A stretch of 64,000 nt of DNA from Podarcis tiliguerta (lineage: Eukaryota), in the NCBI GenBank assembly GCA_965153285.1, contig OZ229121.1; one strand, given 5' to 3'. The position numbers and the translations under genes are program-made. Shown here piece after piece: positions 13,153 to 28,056 of this stretch (position 1 is the first letter of the stretch; the number at the start of each line of letters is the position of its first letter). Under the pieces are notes generated by a model, which had not been told where the DNA came from, ran no database searches, and saw only the letters and a program-made list of their open reading frames with translations.

Positions 13153-16100
13153 ATATTTGGAAATTATTTCCTAAGTGTATAAAGATGTCTGGAATAAACT
13201 CTAGGAGCAGAAAAGCAGTAGTCTCAGTAGACTAAGGCTCCTGTCGTCTTGTTGTTTTTGAATAATAAATGGGTGGTAATTATTACTATAGATTTATTCT
13301 GTGTTAATATGGTATAGCTGTGACAAGTAAACAGATTAACTGTCTACCAGCATATACAGCATAAAGTTGTTTGATATAGGTTTAGGGAGATAAAATAAGG
13401 TATCACATATCACTAGGGTTTTTAAATTTAAAAAGTTGACCTTTTCATTAAAAACATCACTTGGTTTCAAACTGCATGTAGTAGTCTGACTTGAAGCAAC
13501 TAAAACCATGCTGTTTTGTAGCTTCCTGCTGTTGGCACCGAATGGATGTTTGCTTCTGCATTGTATGAACTTCATTTTAATTGTGGATTGTTCATAAATA
13601 ATTCATCTGATAAAATTAATAGTGCAATTTAACATTATAATGAAAGACAAGGCCTTTCACTTTATCTTGTTATATGTCTTGCATCGGTACCAAATTAATG
13701 TAACATTATTTCAAATAAGTAAGTATTTTTTTTAAAAAAATATGTATCTCAGATATTTCAGTGGAGTTATATTGGAGAGTCTCAGCTTGATCTTTCATCA
13801 ATATTTGTTAATCTGTTAACATTTGTTACAGTTTCTACTATTAAGCAAACCAAACTTCTTTGATATAGAATAATCAGTTTGCTATGGTTAGCATTTCTGA
13901 GGAACCAAGAATGTCTGCCTTCAAATTTGGTTGGCTTGTCTTCAGTTTCACAGCAGAGCCTATATTGTGCTGTGGAACTATTTTTTGTGTATGTCTACTT
14001 TATATATTTCAAAAACAGTGCAATGGAGTGGATTTGATTTGGCTTGACTTTATAAGGAAGGATAAATGTGGAAAAGAAAAGTATTTTGGCTGACACACAG
14101 CTGTTACAATTGTAAATTGATAGATGACAAATCATATAATATAAATGAACATGCAAATGATTTTTTTCAGCATGATTCCATGCATGAGATTATATATATC
14201 ATTATTTAACATGGTGCTGCATTGGTCTAGTTTAAATAAATAATAGGAAAAGCTATGGAGTAATTCAGAAAAAATAGTACCATAAATACACTAAAACTTG
14301 AGTATTGCCGAGCATATCAGCAGGGATAAGCAATTTCCTGTTCACATTCAGGACTTCCTATGGAGGTACAGTCTGCGTGACTACCTAATAACATGTACAT
14401 GAAAATTGATTGGTTCTATTTTTCTCTCCTAATTGCTATAGATCTGAACTTGTGAAATTGACCAAAAGTAGTATGTTGACATCACAATTGCACAACAAAA
14501 GCATTCTGCTTTAAATAATACTCTGTTATTTTCTTGAAAAGGTCTTGGTTGGATGACTCATACTCTTTATAAACCACATTATAATGAGCTACTTGGAGAG
14601 ACACATTTTCTCTTTCCTTCATCTTTTGACAAAGGGATGTGCATTATGGCTTTTTAAGTTGCTTTGAGCCTTTGTAACTATATACCAGAAGAAGAGTAGG
14701 GAATGTATAGAACATTCCAAGAAGCTACTAGATAAGGTTGAAATAGTTTCAGTTCTCATATTTATTAAACACAGTTTTCCATAATAGAAAAAGCATTCTA
14801 AAGAGTATTTAGTGTTCCTGAATGAGTCACATTTCTCTGCAGTTATAAATATACTTCAGACAAGAGTTCTTGGTTTCTTGTGCTTTCCTGAACAACTCAG
14901 AGCTAATGCATCTTAGGCTTCTGGAAATACATGCTGTCATTTCTCCTTTCCCCCCTCCCTCCCCCGACTCTGCAACTAGAATAATTTGAACAAATGGATC
15001 CCTATTAGTTAGGTACTTTAGTTGTTGCTATTTGGTGCTATGAATTTTATATTTTTCATGAACTGGGGTTGGGACTTATGGAAAAAGTTAAGAAAGCAGC
15101 CTGTAAAGTCATCAGGCATGACTTTGGGGGTCAGCTGATGTCCATGTCCAGATCTACTACAAAGTTGATCCTGAGTCTGGTTTTATTTATTTCTTCAGTA
15201 TTCCTAAAGCTCACATTTTCATTTACTGTCTAAGATATTATCAGTGTTTGTACAAAGTATAAAGGCCTTGATCAAGTGGCCTTCATTACTCTTTATGTGC
15301 GTCTCCACTGAACCAAATAACCTGATGTCAAGGTTTCCTGTGCAACCAAAGACAGCAAAGAGGAAAGTGTTAGGTTGTTTCTCCAGACAAATTCTATTGC
15401 TGTGGCTGTCTTCAGTTCCAAGGGAAACAATTTATGTTCCACCTTCCAGATTTCATTACATGTCTTCATGAAAATAAAGTTAGCCAAGAAGTAGTACTTA
15501 GATTAATGATTTTGCATGTTGAGTGCCCTGGGGCTGCTTATACTCCATACATTTTAAGCGTATTCCCTCACCAAAAAGTCATAAGAACTGTAGTTTACCT
15601 CACAGGGAGCTACAATTCCCAGCACCCATAACAAGCTATAGTTCCCAAGTTTCTTGTGGGGGACAGTGCTTTAAATGTATGGAGTGTGTTGTACCTTAAA
15701 CTCAGGACTAAAATGATTGGTTGAACTGGGTTCCAAAAGCTTTAACAGAGGTAATTGTACTTTACACTACATATCTTCTTCGAATCTTATGGGCTTCCCC
15801 CCACTACCGGTAATTTCTGTTGAGTAATTTCATACATGTGGACATTATATGGCTATAAATCTGTGTTTTTCCCATGTAACCAGTGATACTGAGAATCCTA
15901 GCATGTCCTTTTGTGGATAGAAATAAAAAAATGGTGGCAGTCTTCCCTATCTGTCAACATAATTGAAAATGTATTGTGTTGATACTTGGCTACTCTTGCC
16001 AGTTTGAGGGGCAGAGTTGATGGTGTCTCATGATTCTCCTCCCAAAAAACAGATTCTGGAAAAATATTGAAATGAAAATATTACACCACTAATTCTACTT

Positions 16101-16446
16101 CAGCAGACTGTACGTTTGAGAGGAATATATTCATTTCCATATCTTAGCATATAGAAGTTGAGACATGCTTTCATATACATCTAAAGGTTTCAGAGAATAT
16201 GTGTATAGTCCGAACATCTGCTGGTCTTCAGTAAAATATAGGTTTCGCCCTCTTCTTAACACTCCAGCATTTAAGATAAAAAAAGGAGTTGCATAGCTAT
16301 GGAAATGGGAGTAAGTGGTTGCATCATAAGGCTATATATCTACTCCTTAGTGGTTCCACTTTTGCAGAAAACAAGTGTATTGCATAATAATTAAACTTTT
16401 TGCTCCAAATCTTTAAGGCTGAAGATTTCAGAACAGATGTTGGAAG

Positions 16447-16497
16447 ATGTTGGCGGTGGACAAAGGGATCGTAGAAGAATGGTTATCGGAATACAAG
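16447..16497 (+). CDS. FAM126A: Hyccin (FAM126A/HYCC1) coding exon 1: MLAVDKGIVEEWLSEYK (exon begins 16418)
   Basis: Matches recalled hyccin N-terminus (MFTSEKGVVEEWLSEFK); acceptor ttaag|16418, donor AAG|gtaat. Confidence 0.95.
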
Positions 16498-16689
16498 GTA
16501 ATATATGGTTCCCAAAAATAAATATTCATTTTCAAGAATTAAATGCTAGCAATTATCCATAGTAGTAGAGCCAGTATAGTGTAGAGCAGAGGTCCCGAAC
16601 CTTTTGGATATTGTGGACACATTATCTATTTTGAAAGTCTTATAGAATCCTTCACAGAATGGCATCATGGGGGTCATACCTATCAGAAA

Positions 16690-17250
16690 CCCAAGACCTT
16701 GTCAGCACTTAATACCTATGCTCAGAGATCTTTACAGATTGTCAATCTGGGTACAGGGCCAGGTTCAAGATGTTACTCATAGTACAGTATATAAAGCCCT
16801 TAACAACTTCAGACTAGTTACTTACAATATCATCTTACCCTATGTATGTCCACTCAACTACTTCGACCTGCGGAACTGGCACTGTTATAGGTGCCACATA
16901 ATACCCGTTCTGCATTCATAAGAAATCAATCTTTTAATGAGGCAGCACTTACACTTTGGATCTCCCAGCCTACTGATACCAGGCAGGCACCCTCACTGTA
17001 CTCTTTTTAGCTCCTGCTAAAAATATTTTTTGTTTAGACAAGCCTGCCCAGATAATGTGGCATGTTTATGTGTGGTTTGATTGTTATTACCATAGTTTAT
17101 TGCTGATTTCCCGCCTCCCCCTTTTTTCAAATGTTTATATAATAGTTTTAACTTCTTTCTACCGATACTTTTATTGTTTTATTCTCTTTGTAGACCACTT
17201 TTGTACCTCAATCAAGTGGCATATAAAGTTTCTGAAATAGATAAATAAAA
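16690..17250 (+). mobile_element. Decayed L2-type LINE 3' fragment
   Basis: Same degenerate C-terminal/3'UTR pattern as 2540-3130 with A-rich tail; boundaries approximate. Confidence 0.45.
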
Positions 17251-17803
17251 TCTCTCCTATCTAATTTACGCTTCTTTGCAGCATTACCATTCATACTTTC
17301 TTTTTGTCCCATATCACCACCAAAAGGCATACATGCACCCTTTCTTGCAAGAACATTGTCCTTCAAACTCTCCCTCTATTCCCCATTTTCTACTTTTCCC
17401 TTTTTATATATATATATGGATGGCTAGAATATACCTTTACATAAGTTTAGGTGCCAGGCAAAAACGTTTCTCTTTAACCAGGTCTTTGGTTTGGACTGAT
17501 TAAAATTCTGTGTCCTTTTAAATGAGTTTGTGGGAGGGAGGTTATTGGTCTGTTGTTTTATTACCGGTATATATTTTGCGTCCTCATTTTGTATTTTCAT
17601 GTTGTGAACTGCCCTATGATCTTCAGTTGAAGGGTGGTATACAAATTTAATAAATATTTTTTTTATGAGGAACATTTGGCCACAAGAAAAATACAGCCTG
17701 AAAAAGTAGAATGAATACCTCATATGAAGAAGGGGGAATAAATATCTTAATTGCAAAGATACTTATATATTGGCTTACTGTGTCTTAAAATGTTTTGTGT
17801 TAG

Positions 17804-17905
17804 ACAGTGCCAGAAGCTTCTATACCAAGCTATGCTAAAAATCTGAAAGACAAGAGTTCTCTGGTTTCATCTCTTTATAAAGTTATTCAGGATCCACAAA
17901 GTGAG
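17804..17905 (+). CDS. FAM126A: FAM126A coding exon 2 ([34 protein letters not shown])
   Basis: ag|..|gt boundaries, 102 nt, phase 0, homology to hyccin. Confidence 0.96.
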
Positions 17906-18487
17906 GTAGGTAAATGTGTACAGAATTATAATTGGGTTTGGGAGAACTGTTGAGAATGAATGGTGCATGCTGTTTCACTGCAGCACTAAGTTCTTAAGAA
18001 GTGGGCAGGGTGAGCAGAAGAACAACACAGAGCACTAAACCTTGTTCTCTTCTTTACAAGACCCTGCTTTAGACCTCTTGTTTTGACTTTCTGTAGATAC
18101 TACCTTTGTCTATTTCAACTTTTCTATGGCGCTGCTAAGATTGGAAATCTGATTTTATAGAGTACCCTTTTCAGCTGAATGCCAAACTAGATGTGAAATT
18201 AAATGTATCAATAATTAGATAATTATTGGAATTGTGGGAGAGAGTTTTAACTGTTTTCTTTCCCTGCTGCATTTCTGATCAAAGACAGAAATTCACAATG
18301 TGCATATTTCTCTCTTCTGTGGTGATGAAAGAGCAGCTCTGATTGAGTATGGCATAAGGGGAGAACGGGCCATACTAATTTAACATTTACAATACAATAC
18401 TGTTTCTTTTAAGAATTGATAAATTTTGCTTCTTTAAAAAGTGTAGAAATGCATACTGATGTGTTAATCCACTAACAAAATATTTAA

Positions 18488-18700
<213 letters not shown>

Positions 18701-20369
18701 TGAGAAATTAATTATTCTCTCTTGGGATAAAGTGCAAATTACAGTGTAATGTCCCGGGGGCCTCTTAACCAGTTAGATTTAAATCTCTGTGACATACTGC
18801 TATTAGCAGAAATGTTCGTGTGATTTTGTCAGAAAACAAGCCAAAAATCTGGAATATTAACTTGCTCTGGTTTGGTATTCTCTGTATTGACATTAGTTGG
18901 ATTTAGCAATTGTATTCTGTAGCTTTAGGATAGTGGGATGAAGGAAGCTGTTTTAAAACAGTTGAGCTATGTGGCATTCATCAGTAGGCATTCTTCATAT
19001 CACATGTTTACCTTCTAATCTCATTGTGATAGTAGTAGGATAACTCCTCCCTGGAGCGTCCCTCTGACTAAATATTTGGGAGAGTTGCATGATAAAATGG
19101 GCTGTGTATTATTCTAAAAGGAAAACAGGGTTGGAAGTAGGTTCCCTGCTTCCTTCTATAGTCTCTCTCCACCCACCCCTCAGTATCTCCTGATGTGGTA
19201 TGTGAGATACTGGTGAGAAAATGAGTGGGGGGTTGCTGCAGCAGGAAGCAATCCAAAGTACATCTGATATTGGAGTGGGGGAAGAAAGTATGTGGAGGAT
19301 CTGCTCTTTGCTGTAGAATTCCCAGCACCCTTTTCTTCTGCTTGAAAGTGAGACATTGGGAAGAAGGGCAAAGTGGGTGGGTGAGAGAGACTACAAAGCA
19401 TTGTCTTGTTTTCTATTACAAGATAATGGAGCAATAGATTAACAGTGTGCCTTTCCTAAACTTTCCTTGGCTCTACTCTGTGTCTTTGGAGGGGGTGGGA
19501 GAGACAAACATGGTCTGTATTCTAGGAAGGCATTTCCATTTCTGTACTCTGGTTAATATGCATAAGCATACTAATGAAAAGAATGTGATTAGCTGATACA
19601 GTTAATGGCTATCTACCTGAGTTTATAACCATGGTAATTACTTTTTCTTATTAAGCTCAGAATTGGTGTTTAGCTGCATCAGTGGTGTTTAAATGTGGAA
19701 TGTCTTGATTTTGATGGAGCTTAAAGGAAACTCATTTCTCAGTTTTCTATCTGTACTTAAAGCAGTGGTCTCATATAATAATAAACAGAGTCTACTTTGC
19801 AAAATGCATTGTGTTCATCTTGTGGGTAAGTTTATATGCCTTGAGGACAGAGAGATCAGAATAATCAAGGGTCTGTCAAGGGAGCCCCCAAAGTCAAGCA
19901 ATTTAAGAGATGGCTGAGTCACGGTGCTATGTAAAGCACAAGTGACTTTCAGAACCTATAAAAATGAGTGTGACTATCAGCCATTAATGATAAATAGTTT
20001 TCTTTCTCTGTTCCTTGTGATAGAAATCTCTGCTGGATCAAGAGAACTTTCCATTAACTGGTGTATGTTATTAGATATGACCCATAAGATTTATTCAGGA
20101 CTCTAAAGACGCAAACATATTGAGCAAGATTAGACTTAGTAAATATTTCCACTTGAGTAAAACTTCTAATATGTCAGCTGTCAGATGCTTTTTGATTAGG
20201 ACATCCTAGATGTTAAGAATAAGATGATGCTGGATTTCCACATTCATCATCTTGTAAATTCAAGTGTTCACATGTGCATCCATTTAGTAGCTTTGGGCAT
20301 AATTAAAGAGCTAATGAGGGATGGGAAGTTCATGCCCTACTCTGTTGCAGTTGTTCAAGTGATTTCTAA

Positions 20370-20573
<204 letters not shown>

Positions 20574-21003
20574 TGAATGTCATCTGGCCTTGATTTTGTC
20601 ATCTTAAGGATAAATATTTTTGTTTTAAAAGTCTGCTGGTAGTGCAACTAGTTGCTGTTTCTTACAAAGGCACAAGTGATTAGGGCAAGGATGAACACGA
20701 GAGTACCTGGGTTTTGCATGCTGATTAATTTATTGTCCTATGCCCTCCAGGTGTTTAAATTGTCTCCCATCAGCCCCAGGGGGAAATGGCCAGTGGTCAG
20801 GGATGATGAGAGCTCTACTACGAAGCATTGGGGGTGGGGATCAGTTCGGGAAAGACTGTTCTAAAAGTATCCTTAATGTGAAATATTTGACGTAAAATAT
20901 GATGGGCTTCAGTGTTCTAGAATATATAATGTTGCATTTAAATTATCTGAGAAGTATTGTCATGGCTGAAGTTCTAATGAGTTTCAGGTGTAACTGTGTA
21001 GAA

Positions 21004-21139
21004 TAGGCATAGGCAAACTTGGCCCTTCATATGTTTTGAGACTACAGTTCCCATCATCCCTGACCATTGGTCCTGTTAGCTATGGATGATGGGAGTTGTA
21101 GTCCCAAAACAGCTGGAGGGCTGAGTTTGCCTATGCCTG
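21004..21139. mobile_element. Palindromic hAT-type MITE
   Basis: TIR aggcataggcaaact / agtttgcctatgcct; self-complementary interior; imperfect 8-bp TSD ctgtagaa/atgttgaa. Confidence 0.8.
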
Positions 21140-21840
21140 ATGTTGAACCTAACTTATTTAAAATTATGAAATATTTTACATTAGATTGGTTAGTGGAATA
21201 ATAAAGCTGAAGATAAAATGAGACTAAAATGTCTGTTGTTGGTTAGAGTTTAAGTGGATGAAAACTGGGATAACCAAAAAATTTGATGTGTTTCAGCGAA
21301 ACGTTTAGCACTGAAATATAAGGACACATGATAGCAACAGACCCTCTTGCAAAGTTAGGTCTGTTGCCAAATCCCTAGCTGCAAGGGAAATTGGAAACAT
21401 AGCACAAGTTGGGCTGAAGGCAGGAGCTGAGCCTACCCCACCCCATGTTTTAGCTGGTTTTCTCCTGATGAGGCTCCAATATCAGAGGAAACTCCTGTTA
21501 AGAGGTCATTAGCTCTTTTTAAAAATAGTTTCACTTGGAATTGCACAGGGAAGAGTTCAGCTCCCCTTTCTAACCCACCTGTGCCAGTAAACTGATCTTG
21601 TTACCACTCTTAAGTTACTATTGAAGTGGCACAATGAATCTTCTGTACTATATTTTAGTGGCCTTTCCCCATTTTACTTATGAGTGTACTGCTTACCATG
21701 TAACATTCAGTTAAATTTTATACTTTTATGTTTGTCAACAATCAGCTGTCTATTTTAGTTTCTTTGTGCTTTTTAAAAATAGATATATATATTCAGTACT
21801 GCTGTTCTTAGTGATGTATTCAAGTATCTGTTTTTCTTAG

Positions 21841-21957
<117 letters not shown>

Positions 21958-22171
21958 TAAAAATGCATGCTGTTGCTTTCAGTCTTAGACAAAAAAACCC
22001 ACACTTGGCCACTTATCAATTAGCCTTCCATGTTATCGTCATATCCCACACCTAACAGAACTTTTAATAGTATAGTTTATATGTTAGTGGTATGTTCTTG
22101 ATAACAGTTCATAATGTGTATCAAGCCGTGTGTATTTTTTCAGTGAATCAGAATTCTTTATTTGTTCATAG

Positions 22172-22267
22172 GTTTGAAGTATTGACATTCCTTTTGTTGC
22201 GTTACAATGCTGCCTTAAGCTATATGCCTGCAGTTTCTCTTCAATCTTTATGTCAAATCTGCTCAAG
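22172..22267 (+). CDS. FAM126A: FAM126A coding exon 6 ([32 protein letters not shown])
   Basis: catag| and AG|gtaag, 96 nt. Confidence 0.97.
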
Positions 22268-23037
22268 GTAAGTTTTCTTTCTTGGTTGAACTGAGAATAG
22301 TATTTTTAAATTGTAATCCTATGGTGTCTGTTCCAATCTGTAGAGCTTGGTACAAGTTAAAACTCCAGTGGGTGATTTCTCATTTCTGGAAATGCATAAG
22401 CCAGCTGTTATGCAGGTTTGTCACCATTCTTAGGTGAAACACACAGGTTCCTTGGTACATGGAAAACAGTAATCTAAAAGAGGAGGGCAGGTGCTTCAAA
22501 CAGTACTTTTGGATCCCACCCCTAAACAGGATCACTGTCTCTCCACATTTGGCCAGTGTAAAAGAAGAATGGGTATGCAAGAGAGCTCCCTGTAGGGGAA
22601 GTCATATTCTTGAGAGGTAGGCGACCCTGCTCATCACATTTAGTCCATAAGGCTAATTCTAATAAGGATCTGCCCCATGGAGTCCAAACAATTCCCCACC
22701 CTGAATCAGTCAAATGTACACTCACATTCCTAAGTTTAATTAATTGGTTTGTCAGACTATTGTATCCAAGGCAAAGCTCTTCAGGAATCCTTTTATGAGC
22801 TGGATTGCTAATTAATAGAAATATGACCAGATAAGAGCAATGTTTTGGTTTGTAGGAGACAACTCTGAAAAGATGGAATTGGCTAGTTAGATGCACTCTT
22901 ATTTGACCTAAAAAAAGAACATGCATTCCAGGATTCTTTTATACTTTTCAACATAAACTGCACACTTTATTTCCTCTTTTTAACACACAATCAAGCAATC
23001 TAAAATAACAATACTAATACTAATTATATTCTTTTAG

Positions 23038-23154
23038 GATCTGTGTTTGCGGATATCCTCGTCAACAAGTAAGGAAATACAAAGGCATAAACAGCAGGAT
23101 TCCAATTTCCTCTGAATTCATGGTGCAGATGTTAACTGGGATTTATTATGCTTT
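23038..23154 (+). CDS. FAM126A: FAM126A coding exon 7 ([39 protein letters not shown])
   Basis: ttttag| and |gtaagt, 117 nt. Confidence 0.97.
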
Positions 23155-23777
23155 GTAAGTTCAGGAAATGTTATGTCCTATATTTAAAAACTAATAGTAC
23201 ATCACTGGTTGGACAGTGTACATAGTGCATAATGCTCATTTACATGACAGAGTCCAGTGATCCTACGGGTGCTGTCACAAAAGATTTTGGTTTCTGAAAG
23301 TTGTATCTTACCTTTCTGTAAAACATAATGATTGACTCTATAGGAACCTTAAGACATATGTCATTGTGCCTAGAACTGTCTTCTGACTGGCATCTGATTG
23401 GCCACTGATCTGATCCAGCAGGGCTATTCTGATGTTCTCATGGAGCACCAGCCATGTTTGAGTAAAGTTACCATCTGGGCATCCAGAAGCAGTGGCAGAC
23501 CAAGCAGCACTTTAGATGTGCTCCTTTACACCAGATCTATCCAATTCCAGGTCCTCCCATTATCTCTGACCATTGGCCATGCTGGCTGGGGATCACCAGA
23601 CAGAGTTAATGACTAGAAAATATCATTGTAAATATCAGTGTTTCCAAATAGCTTCTATTATTTATTGAATACATATTGTTGTGCATTTTATTTCTTTTAT
23701 GATAAATGATTCATCCAGATGGATGATGTTGAAATGAATAATCATTATAATCAATTCTGATTTTGTGTCTCTGCTAA

Positions 23778-23888
<111 letters not shown>

Positions 23889-25176
23889 TAAATTCTTCTA
23901 TAGCATTTGTACATTTTATTTAAAACATTTATATCCTCATTTCCCAGCTCATATGAACTTACCAAAGTAATGTAAGCTAAAATATTAAAAACAATCTTCC
24001 GTAACAATTAAAAAGCAAATCATAGGCAATGAGCTAATAAAACCTTCCAGAAAAAGAGACAATATTGGAGAAGAAAACAAATTGGACACTAATCTGGCCA
24101 TGTATTTGCTAAAAACACAGGCAGAGTAGGAGCCAGATGGATATCCTCAGAGAGGGAGCTCCATAACCTGGGAACTACTGTGTTAAAGGCAATCTCCCTC
24201 ATTACCACCCTCCATACCTCTAATAGCAACAGGAGATACCAAAGTATCTTCTCCAGTGATCCAAGTGGATGGGTAGCCTTATGTAGGAGGAGGTTGTTCT
24301 TTAAATAGCCTGGTTCTTGGATATATAGGGTTCAAAAACTTATGAGTAGCTTTTTAAATTAGGACTGGAAATTGTTTAGAAGCTCTAGATGTAAACTAGG
24401 ACATGCATAATCAAGGGCAGACATGCATTCTCCAGGAATATGTACTGTTGGCCTAAGCTATACAAACACACTCCTGGCCATGGCTGCCTAGCCTTCCAAG
24501 GGCAAAGCTGCCTCTAAAACAGGACGGTCCAACTCCATTTCTTTGGGCCTGGGAGTACATTTGGAAATCTAAAACTGTCGTTGGCACCACAAAATTCTCA
24601 TTTCACTAGACAGTCTGGTGATGCTCAGAGCCCTTCCCAATAAAAGCACCTGGACACCCCTCCAAAAATACAATACAGAGACCAAAAAGCAATCACCACC
24701 TCCTACATCAACCAAAAAAGGGCCAAAAACTATGTAAAGAACATTTGCAAATTGAGAGGGACAAGGGGCCTTGGTGGTTGCCACTGAGGTGCTGTAGTGT
24801 CCATGGATACAATATTGGGAACCCAAAGCCTAAGGCATAATAGTCTCTCAATTTTTAAGAGCACACAGTAAATAGTCAGAAACAAGGACTTCTGTATACT
24901 TGGAATGACAGTGGATAGTTAAAAGATAACCAGGAGGGGGAAACATGATTATAAATGGACTTCTGCAACAGCTTTTAAGGCAAGTGTTCTCAGTCTGAAT
25001 TGTTTACTAATCTTCTAAAGCCATAACTGAACAGATGGAAGTCAAACTGTTTTTTGTTTTGACTTTCATCATATCTATATTGATGCTTTCCTTGGTACAT
25101 ATGAAATGTTGTTGCTTTAATTCAAAATCTGGTGTTAATGTTGAAAATTTATCACACTTTTTTGTTGATTTCTTAG

Positions 25177-25336
25177 GTTGCTAATGCAATAAAAGCTTCA
25201 TTGCCTCAGGGTGCCATAAAATCTAATAAAGAAGGTACAAAATGTATTCAGGTTGAAATTACACCTACTGCATCTAGAATATCAAGAAATGCAGTGACCA
25301 GCATGTCTATTCGGGGCCATAGATGGAAAAGGCATG
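25177..25336 (+). CDS. FAM126A: FAM126A coding exon 9 ([12 protein letters not shown]...[10 protein letters not shown])
   Basis: tcttag| and G|gtaaga, 160 nt; cumulative CDS 991 nt (phase 1). Confidence 0.97.
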
Positions 25337-27744
25337 GTAAGAAATGCAGTTAATGAAACTACAATTTATTAACTAAATTCTAGAAGTCAAGGCTTCCAGA
25401 ATGTCATTAAATTGGCTGATGAATTAATTGTGTTATTTAATTTCTTTTATACAAAGAGATACTATGACTTCCTCTATCAGTACTCTGATGCATAAATAAC
25501 TCCATGCTTATTCAGTTTACCATTCATTATTCCAAAATTTTAATATGTACACTGCAAAATTAGTGTGGGTGTGCACCTCAGCTGCCTCTATCCAGAATTT
25601 GATCGTAACTGGAATTTTCATCTCAAGTTGAAAGCTTCTGTATATAATTTCGTTAAGCAGCAAAATAATAGATTGAATTCCCAAGAGTAAATTAAACTGT
25701 GTAAATTAAGATAACTAGAACTTCATTATTTTAAACAGTGAAGTTTATCAAATCAGTGATTTTTATTATAGTTATTTAGCTCTTAAGTGTCCATGTAGGT
25801 TTTGTGTTAAGAATATGTTGCAAAACAGTAGCATCCCCATGTACAAGGCCTTCTACTTTCATTTGTTTATGGGATAGTCACTATGAAATTATTTAATCAC
25901 ACCTTTTGATCGTTAGAATGGATCTTGAATGTCCCCTTCTCCCCAGTTGGGTGATCTGAGGCTTATTTCATCCTGCAGAAAACAACACATTCTATTGAGA
26001 GAGAGAAATTAGGCATACTTTGTATAAAACAAGACAACATCTATAATCTACAACATATTGAGGGGCAGTATCAAGTTTTACTGGGATTTATCACTCACAT
26101 AATGGATTTATATACATTATGGATCAAAAAGTAGATTGATAAGCTTATCCTATCACTTCAACAACCTTTGGACTGGGAACCTTTTTCCAATTTTATCTAC
26201 GGATATAAAGTCACTGGAGAACCTATTAATAGTCCCAGTGATGTTTTCTGACTATCTTGGAGATTGGTAGAGTATTTCACTTCAGTCCTATGGTTTAAAG
26301 CTCAATTTGTACAGGTTAGTGGTATCTGTTGTGATGAATCTGATCTTGCTGTCTTCTAAATGAACTGCAGCAGAATGCTTTTTTTAAAAACAAAAAAACA
26401 AAAATCCTGCTACTAAGAAGTACATTTGATTACTGATTCGGCTAGCTGCTGCTTCTGTTTTGTCTCCTCCTTGTTAAGAAACTGTTAAGAAAGATTTGGA
26501 GTGTTGCCCAAATTTCACTTATTTATTTGTTTAAGGCATTTCTATGCTCTTTAAACCTTAGCATTCCTAAATTCAGTAACTTGTAGAATAATGGTCCAAG
26601 GACATGTAGCACTGCTTCCTTCTAACTAATACAATTTTGTATCTTTTTATGAAACTAAATATATTGATAGTCCAGAAAAGTTAAATACCTTGCACTTTTT
26701 AGAAACCAAACCATTCTTTAATATTGCCTTCCTGCAGGAGTCATACTTGATGATACAGGTGCTGAAGTTCACGAGTCAATGGTTAGGACAAGTGTTTGCT
26801 GCAGCAGATAACAGTAAGGAAAGAGGCTTGATAGTATTAGTAAAGCAACTGACTCCAATAAAGATGAACAGTTACTTTGTTAAGAAGAACAATTATTTGT
26901 CAGGTATGCAAGTGTTGCTGCAGACTCCTAAGAGTTAGTAAATTGCGAGCTTTCAATTCAGGAAGGTGATGTCATGATATTGTGTAAAATGGGGGGAAAG
27001 TTCTTTGTCTCATGAAAAAGAACTTTTATAACTTAACTGTGTTTAAAAATAATCTAGAAGAAAAGATTGGGTATTTCCAGGCATTGACCTTCTTACCACA
27101 AAGGAAAACAGTGTTTTGTTTCAAAGCTTTGATTCAGAGTAGAAAAGAGGCATTTCCCTGTTCCATTGCAGTCATCTCCAATTAACTACCTCCTTTGCTA
27201 CTTTGTGTCATTAACCAGTGTACATGTAGGTGGCATCTACTTGGTCTCACTAAGCCTGCTACACCAACCTATTGCAACTGCCTAGAAGAACATAAACCCT
27301 ACTGCTGCAACCTGACCACTTCACACAGGTGTGGGGCAAAATGATTTAGCAAAACATGTACTGTGGGCATTAAAACAGGAACTCCCAGATTATCAGAGGT
27401 CCAGATCAATGCCATAAACTCTCTATATGGAAAGCATGCCACTAAGTGGGAAAGATTTTCAGTGTTAGTAGAGGCATGGAATTTAGTTCCATGTGTTTCT
27501 GTAGAAACACTTCAGATAGTTTTTAACTCAAAAGATGGTAAACTTAGTTGGTCATTCATCAGGTTGCAATTTTAGAATCTGAAAGATTTGGTCTTGGATT
27601 CTTCTCTTTCTGTGTGTATATTTTACAACAATAGCATTATTATTCTCATTTCCTATTAAGTTAATTTGCATAAGAAAAGTACAGCTCTAGTGAGTTCTTA
27701 ATTTCTTGAGCACTGAGCTTGAGAAGCTATGCTCCATTACTTAA

Positions 27745-28056
27745 TAAAGGTAAAGGTACCCCTCACCATTAGGTCCAGTCGCGGACGACTCTGGGTTTGC
27801 ACGCTCATCTCGCTCTATAGGCCGAGGGAGCTGGCGTTTGTCCGCAGACAGCTTCCGGGTCATGTGGCCAGCATGACTAAGCCACTTCTGGCAAACCAGA
27901 GCAGCACATGGAAACGCCATTTACCTTTCCGCCGGAGCGGTACCTATTTATTTACTTGCACTTGACGTGCTTTCCCATCGCGGGGATTCAAACTGTCGAC
28001 CTTCTGATCGGCAAGCCCTAGGCTCTGTGGTTTAGACCACAGTGCCACCCGCGTCC
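27745..28056 (-). mobile_element. Sauria SINE
   Basis: (ACCTTT)n tail read as taaaggtaaaggt, tRNA-derived head GGACGCGGGTGGCACTGTGGTCTAA on minus, imperfect TSD tacttaata/tacttagta. Confidence 0.85.
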
